NCBI RefSeq assembly: GCF_006345805.1
Contig: NC_042997.1
Coordinates: forward strand, 142,228,001-142,292,000
Direction of reading: 5' to 3'
DNA from: Octopus sinensis
Lineage: Eukaryota
Length of the DNA: 64,000 bases
The position numbers and the translations under genes were made by a program. Numbering within the stretch: position 1 is the first letter of the stretch; every line of letters begins with the position of its first letter. Of this stretch, positions 13,576 to 27,318 are shown one piece after another. Below the pieces are notes generated by a model. The model did no database searches and was not told the DNA's origin. It was given only the letters and a program-made list of their open reading frames with translations.

Positions 13576-15049
13576 TTACTGTAAGAATACAAGGACTGGA
13601 ACAGATACCATGTGTTAACTCACCTGACTCAATGCAAGTTAATGCATATAACATTTTTGCCAATTTACTGTTTTAGATTGTTACTTTTTCACCGATCCAA
13701 GAAGAATGAAAGGCAAAATTGATCTTGGTGCAGTTTGAACTCAACACTGGGAGTCAATTAAATTTTTATGAGGCATTCTATCCAACAAATTAAAGCTTGT
13801 CAATGTGCTGCCTGGAGTCATTGAATTATCTGTTAAGTACTGGTGGGGTTTGGTATGAAATATGACCCTTCATCCAAATTTGTAGTCTTGGGTCTCTACT
13901 GCTCAATGATGCGGATTTGTTTAATCAACTGAATTACATGCTCCTGAATTAACATGCAAGTGGCTGAGTATTCCACATACACATATACCCTTAGTGTAAT
14001 TCTTAGGCAGCTGGTACTATGTAAAAAGCATCCAGTCCACACTGTAAAGTGGTTGGCATTTGGAAGGGCATCCAGCTGTAAAACCATGCCAAAACTGACT
14101 TTGCCTGTGCTGGTGCCACTTAAAAAGCACTAAGTCCACTCTGCAGGGTCATTGGTGTTAGGAAGGGAATCCAGCTGTAAAAACTGTGCCAAAACAGACA
14201 CAGAAGTCTGGTGCAGTCAAACCATCCAACCCAATGCCAACATGTCTTACAATAGGTTTGAACCCAGGATCTTATGGTCATGAAGTAAACTGCTTAACCA
14301 TTTGGCAATACTACATCTATGTCAATCTAATGCATTGGAATATTTTCAAAACCAGACTCTATTGATTGAAAAGAATATGACATAACTGTATTTGACTAGG
14401 AGACTTAGTTCTTGTCTATATATTCAGTTATGAGGACTTTTTAATAGACATCAAAATTAATCATAAAGTTCTACTTTGTTCAGCTCTCCACAGCTTAGTT
14501 TTTCTTTCTCTTTTATCTACTTGGTTTGCTGCTTGATATGTTTGGACTTCAAAACCATGGACAGCATTAAAAATTAGAATACCAACTCCTCAACCAACAG
14601 GCTGGCCTTCTCCATTTGGATATTACAATTTTTTTTATGGTTTCATTAAAAGAAAAACTCTCTCAGTAGGATAGTTTAGCAGGAAACTCAGAAAGTTGCT
14701 TTTTATCATAAATTTTTATGTAAAGTTGTATAAAGTTCCATAAATCATTGAGTGTTACTATTTTTGGTTTCTCATTGGTTAGGGATGGAGTTCTGGAGTC
14801 CTTTACAGAAGTCAAGAGTGAAAAGAAAGAGAATAGTTTCAATGAAAGCATAAAATATCCTCCCCATCATCATCATCATTTTATATCTATCTTTCTATCT
14901 AATTTATATATGTATATATATATTAATGTTTGTTTTTATGTCAAGTTATAATAAAACAATTTTACATTAAACTGAAGGATTACTCAATACTGTAGAGTAC
15001 ATATTTATTATTCTTTAACAAAAATAGTATTAACAGTGACTTCAAAGTT

Positions 15050-15101
15050 TTGATAGTCTGATAAAAAGATAAGCTGGCTGAAACTTCGAAGTCATTGTCA
15101 A
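15050..15101 (+). ncRNA. degenerate Penelope-type type I hammerhead ribozyme
   Basis: Stem I TTGATAGT/ATTGTCAA (8 bp including two G-U), core CTGATAA (G8 changed to A), GAAA at 15080, palindromic stem III ACTTCGAAGT, GTC site; stem II poorly paired. Confidence 0.55.
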
Positions 15102-15142
15102 TGTGCGTGTTTGTGTGTGTGTGTGTGTGTGATATATATATA

Positions 15143-15183
<41 letters not shown>

Positions 15184-15235
15184 TATTTAATTATCTCTCA
15201 TATATATAATAAATATATATGTATCAACATCTATA

Positions 15236-16445
15236 CATCATCATCATTTAGCGTCCGTTTTCCATGCTAGCATGGGTTGGACGGTTCTACTGGGGTCTGT
15301 GAAGCCAGAAGGCTTCATCAGGCCCAGTCAAATCTGGCAGTGTTTCTACGGCTGGATCCCTTCCTAACGCCAACCACTCCGTGAGTGTAGTGGGTGCTTT
15401 TTACGTGCCACCCGCACTGGTGCCAGACAGAGCTGGCAAACGCCACGAACGGATGGTGCTTTTTTATGTGCCACCGGCACGAGGGCCAGGCGAGGCTGGC
15501 AACGGACACGAAACGGGGCGGTGCTGGCAACGGTCGCGAAACGGAAAGTTCTCTTACATGCCACCGGCACTGGTAACACATCTGCAATTTCCATTGATCG
15601 ATTTCCATTGATCGATTTCGATTCTGATCCTCACTTGCCTCAATGGTCTTCACAAGCAGAGTTTCGACATGCCACCGGCACTGGTAGCACATCCGCAATT
15701 TCCATTGATCGATTTCGATTCTGATCCTCACTTGCCTCAACACTCTTCACAAGTAGAGTTTTGTGTCCCAAGAAGGGAAGGTATGCTACGTAGGCTGGCT
15801 CCATCCCATGTAGAAGGCCACGGGTTGTGGACTCACTTGTCCTGCCGGGTCTTCTCGCACACAGCACACTTCCAGAGGTCTCGGTCTCTAGTCATTTCCT
15901 CAGTGAGACCTAAAGTTCGAAGGTCGTGCTTCACACCACTCGTCCCAGGTTTCCTGGGTCTGCCTCTTCCACAGGTTTCCCTCAACCGCTAGGGTGTGGC
16001 ACTTTTACACAACTATCTTCATCATTCTCGCCACATGACCATACCAGCGCAAACGTCTCTCTTGCACACCACAACTGATGCTTCTTAGGTCCAGCTTTTC
16101 TCTCAAGGTACTTACACTACACTGCCGAGTTGTGAGTACCGGCATTTACACATCCATCGGAGCATACTGGCTTCATTTCTAGCGAGCTTACGCATATCCC
16201 GCAGCATCACGGCCCATGTTTCACTGCCATGTAGCATGGCTGTTCGGACACACGCATCATACAGTCTGCCTTTCACTCTGTGCGAGAGGCCTTTTGTCAC
16301 CAGCAGAGGTAAGAGCTCTCTGAACTTTGCCCAAGCTATTCTTACTCTAGCAGTTACACTTTCAGCACAACCCCCCCCGCTGCTGACTTGGTCACCTAGG
16401 TAACGGAAACTATCAACTATTCTAGTTTTTCTCCCTGGAAATGAC
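15236..16445 (-). mobile_element. RTE-clade LINE 3' fragment with structured 3' UTR and (ATG)n tail
   Basis: KGRLYDACVRTAMLHGSETWAV...RNEASMLRWMC is typical RTE RT C-terminal sequence; the 3' UTR (ggaagggcatccagc motif) is shared with many short copies. Confidence 0.88.
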
Positions 16446-16454
16446 GGAATTGGT

Positions 16455-16765
16455 CTATATATGATCTATATATATATATTATATATATCATATATATATA
16501 TATATATGTATGTGTGTCTATATAATATATATATATATATATGATTGTGTCTATCTATATATATATATATATATGATGGTGTCTATATATATATATATAG
16601 TATAATATATATGTATGTTGTCTATATATATATATATATATATATAGTATGTCTATATAATAATAATATCTATATATATATATATATATATGTAGTGTGT
16701 CTATATATATATATATATATATAATATATATGTTGTTTGTCTATATATATATTATATATGTTGTA

Positions 16766-16799
<34 letters not shown>

Positions 16800-16856
16800 A
16801 TATGTATATATATATATATATATAATATATATATATGTATGTGTGTCTATATATAT

Positions 16857-16907
<51 letters not shown>

Positions 16908-16954
16908 TGTGTGTTCTATATATATATATATATATATATATCTATATATATAGA

Positions 16955-17013
<59 letters not shown>

Positions 17014-17049
17014 TTATGTGTGTCTATATATATATATATATTATATGTA

Positions 17050-17094
<45 letters not shown>

Positions 17095-17125
17095 TATATA
17101 TATATATATATATATATATAGAGTA
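16455..17125. repeat. (TA)n-rich compound microsatellite
   Basis: Long (TA)n tracts interrupted by gtatgtgtgtc units. Confidence 0.95.
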
Positions 17126-17129
17126 TAGA

Positions 17130-18089
17130 GGTGAGGCGGCCTAACACAAGCTCCTGCAACACTATGACTGGTGTTGAACACACTACTAAATGGCTCAAAT
17201 GTGGATGTAATATATCTTGACTTTGCCAAAAGCCTTTGATAAAGTCGACCATGGTACTATCTGTCCACAAACTCGTGGTCTCGGCATAGGCGGGAAACTT
17301 GGGAGAGTGGCTGCACAACTCCTAAAAGACAGAAACAGCAGTTGTGAGCAATGGAGCCCCTCCAGGGAAAACGCAAATAACAAGCGGTTCCCACGGGCAC
17401 TGTTTGGGGCCACTGATGTTCATAGTGGCCCTTTCAGACCTGCCTTCAGTTGCTACGATGACCACCCTTGCTAGCTATGCAGATGACACAAAATCTCTCA
17501 CGCAATACAAAACCCTGAAAATGCGCATCTGCAACATGAGCTGGACACAATATACAGGTGGGCTGAGCAACAACATGCAGTTTAATGCAGGTAAGTTCCA
17601 GGCCCTGCGCTACTGCACACAAAGGTAAATGACGTGAAGACTGGATACACTGGCCCAGGAAGAATTGCAATCCCTGAGTCAAATCAGTGCGTGACCTGGG
17701 CATTGACATGAGCAATGATGCATCTTTCCAAATGCATATTGCTAATCTGGTGATAAATGCGACGGCTAGCTGGATGGATTCTCCGAACTTTCAGAACAAA
17801 GAGAAGGAGACACTGATGGTCCTATGGAAAACATTTGTCCTCAGCCGCTTGGACTACTGCTCCCAACTTTGGTCACCACACAATATAAAACAAACAGCAG
17901 AACTCGAAGCAACTCAGAGAAGCTACACAAAGAAAATCGTCCAATGCAGGATGTCATCTGCTGGGAAAGACTGAAGGTATTAAACCTTTTCTCTCCCTGG
18001 AGCGGAGGCGGAGAGATATGCAGTGATGTGCATCTGCAAGATCCTGGAGGGTCTTGTCCCAAACTTGGCATTCAAAGTTACTCCAACGC
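17130..18089 (+). mobile_element. CR1/L2-group LINE RT fragment, heavily frameshifted
   Basis: KAFDKVDHG, LGPLMF...SYADDT, RDLGIDMSND, LSRLDYCSQLWSP in successive frames; runs into the gap. Confidence 0.88.
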
Positions 18090-18189
18090 NNNNNNNNNNN
18101 NNNNNNNNNNNNNNNNNNNNNNNNNNNNNNNNNNNNNNNNNNNNNNNNNNNNNNNNNNNNNNNNNNNNNNNNNNNNNNNNNNNNNNNNN
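18090..18189. other. assembly gap (100 N)
   Basis: Run of N. Confidence 1.
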
Positions 18190-18848
18190 TAAGATAAAGG
18201 GAATATGTTCTTTAGTTTATATCTTAAGCTGTTATAATAGTCTTCATTTAAAAATTTTTTTATGGTCATTGGTAGCAAACTATGTCATTGATAGCAAACA
18301 GCTCTGGAAAACATTCAAATTTGAACGAAGATTCACTTTATGTTTAAGGGAGATCAAATTTAGCCTTCTTAAAATGTTTTCAAAGCACCCCTTCCTCCAA
18401 TATATTTCACTATTGTTCTGTTTGTTGGGATTAATTTCAAAATAGACCTGTGTTATCATAGGCTTCTTATGTTCGTTTCATTTTTCTAAATTTGCATATT
18501 GTTTCAGTTTTTAGTATATAAACCGCTGTTTTATTTGGAGTATCTTTTTCTGTTGTCCCACAAATAAAAAAAATTTATAAAATAAAAAGCAAATTTAAAC
18601 TAAATTCTGAAAGAAACAAAGTTTCAAATATTGTTTATAATGTTACAGAGATGGGATGAGAAGAGATCTGTGTATAGTACCAAAAAGTGTCCGTTTTATA
18701 TTTTTGAAAATAAATTTTGGTTAAATTTTTTTTATTTGTAATAAAAACTATTGTGTCATGACCAAAAGAAAATGACAATCTAGTTCACTGGCAAAACACT
18801 TTAAATCAACAACTCTTAAGCTGATAGTTTGAAACTTTTGATATATAT

Positions 18849-18880
<32 letters not shown>

Positions 18881-19259
18881 GATATATATATATATATATA
18901 AATATATATTTATACCAATGATGACGGCTTGGTTTGATACAAATATTGTAATAAATTTAGAAGAAAAAACCACTATTTAAACCCTTTTGATACAACCCGG
19001 CTGAAAACGGCTCTGTGTTCGTAATACCAATGTCTTGTGTAATGACACACACATGTGTTGTAATACAAGTCACGAATTAAAATAGTTCCACCAAACTAGT
19101 CACATTGATGGTCCGAACACTCGCTTAATGATAAACTAAGTGATTTTTACTAAATTCTTTGTGATATTTTTTAAAGTAATTGAAAGAACCACAGAGCATC
19201 TCAAAATAAATACAAGTAACGAAAAGGGTAAACAATTCAATAAAGAAAGATGTTATTCA

Positions 19260-19560
19260 CGCCAAATAGAAAACATATACTACACTTTAATGTGTAGTAT
19301 ATGTTTAATATTATTAAACCATTTTAAAGTATCATTAGTACTAGTCCAAAGTTTAAGGTAATTATTTTCATTTAATCTATTTATATATTTATCTAAAATG
19401 ATATTACTTAATTTACCTAGATCTGATTTATATGGACAAATAAGCCTAACTTTGGGGTCAGAATAAAAATTATCCTTATGATCTTTTAAAGTAATTCTAC
19501 GGTGCATAGGTACATAAGGTTCATTTTATTATCTAACTTATATTTCATCATGATTAATTT
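19260..19560 (-). mobile_element. Penelope-like element RT fragment (possibly Naiad-type)
   Basis: ITLKDHKDNFYSDPKVRLICPYKSDLGKLSNIILDKY...WTSTNDTLKWF resembles PLE RT N-terminal motifs (recognition, no search run); adjacent to a pLTR-like inverted repeat containing a hammerhead. Confidence 0.72.
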
Positions 19561-19658
19561 AGAGTCCTTATTTATAATATACTATAATATAATATATAAT
19601 ATAATATAATATAATAATAATAATATAATATAATTTCTTTAATGTGTCCTTGGATTAA

Positions 19659-19716
<58 letters not shown>

Positions 19717-19747
19717 ATATATACATATACATATACACACCACACGC

Positions 19748-20176
19748 ACATTAATCAAAGGACACATTAAAGTGTCTACCTGCTAGAAATAAGAGTTAAA
19801 ACCCTTATTTGGACCACCAACATATATTTACATGGAAAATAACAGATTCAACAGTATACAGGCAAGTGAACCAAAAAAATTTCTCACATACCTACATAGC
19901 ATAAAGCTGTATATTGGAAATATGTTTCAAAGGGTTAAGATGTACTGAAGAAGGTAAGATCTTTGTATCAAACCAGAAATTGGTCCACATATATACCTGT
20001 TCCATTAAATATATAGCTTTATGCTATGTAGACATATGAGAGATTTTTTTTTATTTGCTCGCACCTATACTGTTGAATCTGTTATTTTCAGTGTAAATAT
20101 GTTTTGGTGGTCCAAATGAGGGTTTTAACTCTTATTTCTAGTGGGTAGACACTTTAATGTGTCCTTTGATTAATGT
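19748..20176. repeat. long imperfect inverted repeat (about 170-bp arms), PLE pseudo-LTR-like
   Basis: acattaatcaaaggacacattaaagtgtctacc...(to about 19920) is the reverse complement of (from about 20000)...ggtagacactttaatgtgtcctttgattaatgt. Confidence 0.9.
19940..19990 (+). ncRNA. degenerate minimal type I hammerhead ribozyme (Penelope type)
   Basis: ATGTA-CTGAAGA-aGGT...ACCa-GAAA-TTGG-TC-CACAT: core motifs in the correct order, stem II GGT/ACC, stem I with one mismatch, stem III decayed. Confidence 0.6.
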
Positions 20177-20340
20177 AATTTTAATTCGGTAGCTATATAA
20201 CACTGATTTAGGCCTGCAACCACCTATATTAAAATTATTATAGATTATTTGTATTGCCTTTGATAATAATGATATTAATATCTATATTAATATTCCCTTC
20301 TGAATATTTTTGCTGCTGATTACCCACTATCCTTTATACA

Positions 20341-20404
<64 letters not shown>

Positions 20405-21765
20405 TATATATGACTTAAAAATTGCAACTATTGGAATAAATAGAAGGATGACTTTTTAAAGGTCCATTTGAGGATGCAAATCTTAGGATAGCTATAAAAA
20501 AAACCAAAAGCCAAAAATGACTGGAGTTATAAAATTAGTAAGATTATATTTGGTAGCATTTTTAGTTTTGCTTGCCTAAGCATTTTTAATATTTACTGAC
20601 CTTTGAATAAGGGCAAAAGATGTATAGGAAAAAGGAATAAATGATTTTTAGATTTGTATGATTGTAATGTTTTTTTTTTTCTTCCAGTTGACATATCTTG
20701 TTTTAGTTGTTATGAAGAACTCTTCTAACTCAAAATCAATGGTCTTCTGTGTCCTCAGAAAGAGAGAGAGAGTGAGAGAGAGAGAGAGAGAGAGATAATG
20801 ACCTCATTTTTGTCTTGTTTTTTGGCAATGGATTTATGGTTAAGAAGTTTGCTTTGTACCCATGTAGTTTTTAGATTTCATTCCAATGTGTGGAACTTAG
20901 GGCAAGCCTTGAGTTGACCAATGTTTTGTGAGTGAAATTTGTTGACAGAAACTGTACAGAAACCCATTGTATACTAAAACTACAATTGCTTCTTCATCAT
21001 ATTCATCACCATCCAGGTGTTTTCCTGAACCATTCTGCAAACACTTTGAGGCTATCTCTATGACAACTGTCAGATTAGGTGAAATGGAATCCAACTCACT
21101 GCATGTAAAGTTTCTGTAGAGAAGATATTGTTTACTTCTGTGCATGTTATGCTTCTTGGATATCTTAGACTGCCTCGAGATTATTATGAATGGGACTGTG
21201 TATTCTAATCATTATGAAAAGCAGTTTTAAGAGATTCTTACTCACATTTTGGTTCTGTGAAAGTAAAGTTAGGGTTATTAATAACATAACATTAATTAGT
21301 TTAGAAGAGATTCCTTGAAGGTCTCTTCTTTATTTACTTCATCTGTCTAATTTCTGTTCACTTGTGATAATACTTGTAAGTCTGAAAATTTTCAAAGATT
21401 AAATATTCTAAAAGAAGGCTGTTCCCAGCAGACATTATTTGCAATTAAATAATGAATTATGGATACAATTCGTATTAATTTTGGATATAATACATAGGCC
21501 AAATTTGCAATGGCAATGCATATGTTAAAACAATGCAGAATATAATAGTAGTTGAATTTATTGATAAAAGTAATTCCATCCATGGCTATCCTGTCTTGTT
21601 TCAGGAGTTGTTATATATAGTAGAGATTGTTTTGATATATATTGAGTTGATCTGAAATTGAAAGTTTATCTTTATCACAAGACTACATCTCTATCCTTTT
21701 TCTCTCTAATGTGCTTAAAGGTAACTGGGTGTTAGGTGAGTGATAAAGTAGTTCTCTTAAAAAGC

Positions 21766-22200
21766 ATCATCATCATCATTGTTTAACGTCCGTTCTCCAT
21801 GCTAGCATGGGTTGGATGGTTCGACCGGGGATCTGGGAAGCCAGAAGGCTGCACCAGGCTCCGGTCTTATCTGGCAATGTTCCTACAGCTGGATGCCCTT
21901 CCTAACGCCAACCACTCCGTGAGTGTAGTGGGTGCTTTTTACGTGCCACCTGCACTGGTGCCAGGCGAGGCTGGCATCGGCCATGGTCGGATTTGTGCAT
22001 TTTACGTGCCACCTGCACGGAAGCCAGTTGAGGCAGCACTGGCTTCGGCCACGATTCGGATGGTGCTTCTTACGTGCCACCGACACGGAAGCCAGTCGAG
22101 GCGGTGCTGGCATCGGCCACGATTCGGATAGTGATTTTTATGTATCTCCAGTCCAGGGGTCCTGGCATCTGCCGGGTGCCAGTCATAGGATTGGTTCAAT
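21766..22200 (-). mobile_element. RTE-related short element/SINE with (ATG)n tail (representative; others near 14010, 28550, 41200, 58300, 61680)
   Basis: Shares ggagtggttggcgttaggaagggcatccagctgtag...caacccatgctagcatgg with the 3' UTR of the RTE at 15236. Confidence 0.8.
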
Positions 22201-23723
22201 TTCGATTCCGATTTCTCAATTAAATAATTTCTATGGAGTTTGTAGCTTGAATTTAGATTTAAAAAAAACAGCACTTAATATTTCGTATCCCCATTTACTA
22301 TTTGCATTCTTCCCTAGATTCTGCAAATCAAATTTCTTCTGTAATCACAAGTCAGCAGAATCTGCATGTATTCAATCTTCTTTTCCTTAGGACCACCTCC
22401 CTTGACTCCCATTGCTCATTCTCGATATCATCTCTTCCCACTTTATTTCCCACTGATCACCCCCTTTTTATGCCTCTGTTATCTCTCCCTCTCAGCTGAG
22501 CTACATCTTAAGGCTGCACTATCTCATCTTTAGCACCCTTTCATATCTGTTATCACCCTCAAGACCTTCTGATATCTGATAATCCCCCCCCCCAGTTTAG
22601 TCCCTCACTCATTATAGCCACTACTACATACCTCTGACCTCCATTTCTATCCATGTACACCTCTCTCTCTCTATTCTCACACCCAACATATCATCTTCCA
22701 ATTTTCTGACCTGTCTACAAGTTTACTAAACTGCATTGATTTCAACCCTTTCTGTTCTGCCACTTATCACCTTCTCCTTCCTGAGCTATTTCTTCTACTT
22801 TCTCTCCCTTACTGATATTTACCATAAATATTCACCCTTGTACATCATTCACAGCATTCACCTCTACCCCATCTCTTACCGTATCAGTATCCCCTCACAT
22901 TCTTATGAACATATCCACTCACCTTTCCTCATCCGCTACTCATATTCTCTCTCTTATACTCGCCTTCTTGTATGTCTTGAGACCTCATCACCAACATCTT
23001 TATCTTCTTTCCAGCTACTCTCACCCACCCTTATATAATGCTGGCTAGCCATGTATCTCTTCTGTAGCAAGACATCTGTGCTTGTCCCTTTATTTTACTT
23101 TAACCTGACATCATCTACCACAAAATCGCCTCCCCTCTACTACAACTCCATTCTGTTAAAAGGCCCTTCTCTCTCATTTTACTTTGTTGTGCAACTTACT
23201 TGGTGACCTCAATAGTACTGCTGTTATGAAAAAAGTACTCAATACATTCTGTTAAGTGGTTGGCATTAGGAAGAGCATCTAACTACAGAAATCTTGCTAA
23301 AGCAGACATCAGAGCTTGGTGCATCCCTCTGTCTTGTTAGTTCCTGTCAAGCCATCCATACCAGCATTGAAGATAGACATTAAATAATTATGATAATAAT
23401 GCATTGTGACTCTTCATACATGTACAATTTAACAAAGCATGAATCAACCTTCCTTTTCAACATCATCATCATCATCATCATCATCATTGTTTTTATGTTC
23501 ACTCTTCCATACCCACTTGGATCAGATAGAATTTTGTTGTGGTGAATTTTCTAGAGGTGGATGCCCTTCCTGTTGCCAACCTTTTCCTATTTCCAAGTAA
23601 GGTAATATGTCCCTATAACCAAGCATGTTTTCACTGAAGAATAGGATTGAAGGACATTGTTTGCATTACAGTGACACTCATTTACAACCATCACACAAAG
23701 TCAACTTCAGTAGAGGCAGTAAT

Positions 23724-23761
<38 letters not shown>

Positions 23762-25129
23762 CAGACTTCTTTCAGTTTCTGTCCACTCACAAGGCTTTAG
23801 TTGGCCTGGAGCTACACTAGAAGACACTTGCCCAAGGTGTCACATACTGGGATTGACACCCAGACATTTATTGTTAGTCCATCACTCATTATAGCCACTA
23901 CTACATACCTCTGACCTCCATCTCTATCCCTGTTCTGCTACTTATCACCTTTTCCTTTCCTTTTGCTTTGAAGAGGTCAATTGAAATGATAAGCAGTAAT
24001 AAAATAAGAAGAAAATTTATATTGATAACCAATTGATAATAAATCAATATTTTTGATAAATTTGCGATATTGAATTGTTGATTATTTCATTTTCTTGTCA
24101 TATTATATTTTAGAAAATGACCTCTTTTTCATCTGTTGTATTCAGCGTGTCAATCATCATTATACATCTATTTTCCTATGCTTTTATGGTTCTCCAGTAC
24201 TGCACATCTCCATTTGCTGTAGTCCTTTGTTATCTCCTGTATGAAGTTCAGCCTCCTGAAATCAGTCTTCATCACTTCTGCTTATGTCTTCCTCAGTCTT
24301 CCTCTTCCACAAGTTCCACCTACTTGGACAACTTGACATTTTTTTTATACAGCTGCAGCTGTCATCCTCTATACATGTCACATGTCTATCTCAGCTTAAT
24401 CTTTTTCTAGCACACTATATTTGATTCCTCTTATATCTAGTTTTTGTTTCAGTTCACTTTTGGTTTATCGTTCATGCATGTTAATATTACATATCCAGTC
24501 AGAGCAGTGAGCTGACAGAAATGTTAGCATGCTTAGCAACATTTTAGTTGCCTTTATGTTCTGAGCTCAAATTCCGCTGGGGTTGACTTTGCCTTTCTTC
24601 CTTTCAGGGTCAATAAAATAGGTACCTGTTGATTACTGGGGTGGATATAATCAGCTATCCCCACCGCCAACTAAAATTTCAGGTCTTATGCCTATGGCAG
24701 AAAGGAATATTGTATATTCAGTCAACCTGCTCACCTCATTTCTTCCCAATTTTTGCACATCCTCAGTAATCAGTGTTTGTGTTTTTCTACTACGTAACAT
24801 CACACTTAGTACATACTTCATTAGACTGCGGTCTGTTTTGAGCCTTAGGACTCATAAATCTGAAGCTTCAAACAGTTTCTATGACATATAAGTGACTGAC
24901 ATTACATCACTCCCCACCCAGAATGGGACACCACTGCCAACTGTTGCTGGAACTCATATGCAGTTGAGTGAACCAAAGCAAGGTGAAATGAAGTACTTTG
25001 TTCAAGAAAAAAAGCACATTGCCTGGGTCATGATTCAAAACTGCAATCTCACAATCATGAGTGTAAAACCCTAATCACTGGGCCACATGCCTTCACCTGA
25101 AGAACGAATCTCTTTGGTACCAACGAATG

Positions 25130-25400
25130 TAAGGGAACTTGAAATATCTTCACCTTATTCTTACATTGGCTACTGTCCTTCTAGAACTACCTATTTCTCC
25201 ACTACTAATTGGGTCACAGAAGCTATCAACTACTTCTTATGGAACCCTTCAAGTATTTGAAAACATTTATTTTATGGATGTTCTGTTAGGTATTCTTGTG
25301 CATGTACTACATGCATAGACTTTCTCTGTTAATCTGCCTGTTATCTCAGTACACCTTTTGTGTACCCATAGTTTACATTTGATATATTGTATATCATATA
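25130..25400 (-). mobile_element. RTE LINE internal fragment (Cys-rich insertion)
   Basis: IQYIKCKLWVHKRCTEITGRLTEKVYACSTC matches the C..WVHKRC...C..C motif of RTE ORFs. Confidence 0.65.
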
Positions 25401-25964
25401 GTCCCTCTACATGGCATGTTGGGCAAGTGCCTTCTATAAAAGCACCAGACTGAATAATACCTTGTGAGTGAATATGGTAAACAGAAACTGTGTGGAAGCC
25501 CATCATGTGTATACATATATGCATGTGTGCTTGTGCCACATAAAAAGTACTCTGCTTACTGTACTGGGTAGTTTGTGTTAGGAAGGGCATCCAGCTGTAA
25601 AAACCCTGCCAAAACAGACACAGAAGTCTGGTGCAGACTCCTGTCTGGCTGGCTGCTATCAAACCATCCATCCCATGCCAGCATGGAAGGCAGACATTAA
25701 ACAATGATGATGATGTGTGTGTTTGGCCCACTCAATTTGACAACCAATTACATCCCCATAACTTAACAATTCAGCAAAAGGAACTTATAGAACAAGTACC
25801 AAACTTAAAAAAACCCAAAAAACTAGGGTCAATTTGTTCAAAATACTAGGGTCAAATTTGTTCAAGTAAAAGATAAGAGATAAACTCTCTTTTTCTACAT
25901 AAGTATGGTTGCTTTCAAGATGGCTTTAGAAGTTCTGTCTTCTTTCCTGCTAACTAAAACCTTT

Positions 25965-26131
25965 GTGGAAGGCACATATTAGCCATTCAGAAACAAAGTC
26001 TGTTAACTTCACTTAAACTTTATTTAGTGTCAAAATTTTTGTCAAACCAACTGCAGCCTGGTCACTGACATAGTTTAAGTAAAGTTAATAGTTTTTATGT
26101 GTTTTTGAACAGCTAATATATGTCTCCCATG
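25965..26131. mobile_element. palindromic MITE, old
   Basis: ggcacatattagccattcagaaaca versus tgtttttgaacagctaatatatgtc, and inner ttaacttcacttaaact versus agtttaagtaaagttaa. Confidence 0.65.
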
Positions 26132-27113
26132 CTGTAATTGTTTTAGTTTCAACATACTATCTCAGATTAAATCACTTGATGTTTGTCCAAAGTACATCTA
26201 AAATCTTTGTCTTTGCTTGATTTTCTTTAAGAAGTCTTGGTTCTCGGCTTTGCTTCAACTTTTGGCATTTCTTCTATAATTCATTCCTCAACAGATTCGG
26301 CTGTGAGAATTAGGTCACAGGCATGCAGAGGTTCCCACAGATGACTAGTCTTTAACTCCTCTGTTATGTTAGTGAAAACTTAATTCACTCCCATCTCCAT
26401 TTAGTTATGTTGCTTACTTCGTAGAATCTGGTTTATATTTTCCAAGAATAGGCAACAATTCAACTCACCCAGATATTATGGAATATTGATTTCTACACTG
26501 TAAGATTAGTTTTCTTTAGTCTTTTGCAAAAACAATAAATAAAATACCATTATAGGTGAATGGTTCCATACGTTTAGTGTTCCTTGGTGTATGTATCCAT
26601 TTTTAACCATCTTACTGTAATGGCACTGGAAATGCTTCTCAAATTACTTTAAACCACATCTGAACAGCTTAGAGATGTGTGCTCACCTGACTTTTGTATA
26701 TAAAGTGCACACACATATACTCACATTTTAGATATATATGCACATATAAGCAGGCGCATAACATTGTTCAGTGCAAATAGGCTTATCAATCATAATCTAT
26801 TCTTGTTGTTTATATATATATATATATATATATCTTCAGTTGGTTGTAGTTGTATTCTCTGAATGTAAAAATGAACCCACTTTGTGTGTATATATTTTCT
26901 AGTCTCTTTTGTTGTGTTCATGTGTGTGTGCGTCTGTGTTGCATGTATTTTTTTTTTTGTGTGGGTGTGTATGTAATACATGCATTGACTCTCATATAGA
27001 TGAATATAAATGTGTGTTGTGTGTTTATATATATATATATGTTATATCATTGAAAACAAGAGGAGAGTGAAGATTTATTCATATCCAAAACTTCTTTATT
27101 ATTTATTTTTTAT

Positions 27114-27318
<205 letters not shown>

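Noticed and set aside
15290-15330. CTGATGA followed by a hairpin on minus in the RTE 3' UTR
   Set aside because: No GAAA follows, and other copies read cctggtgcagcc, so the motif is not conserved
15395-15700. CRISPR-like repeat-spacer appearance
   Set aside because: Animal DNA, no cas genes, irregular spacing, and it lies within a LINE 3' UTR
16835-17144. YI/CV/HT-rich ORFs here and throughout the ORF track
   Set aside because: Translations of (TA)n, (TG)n and (CA)n microsatellites
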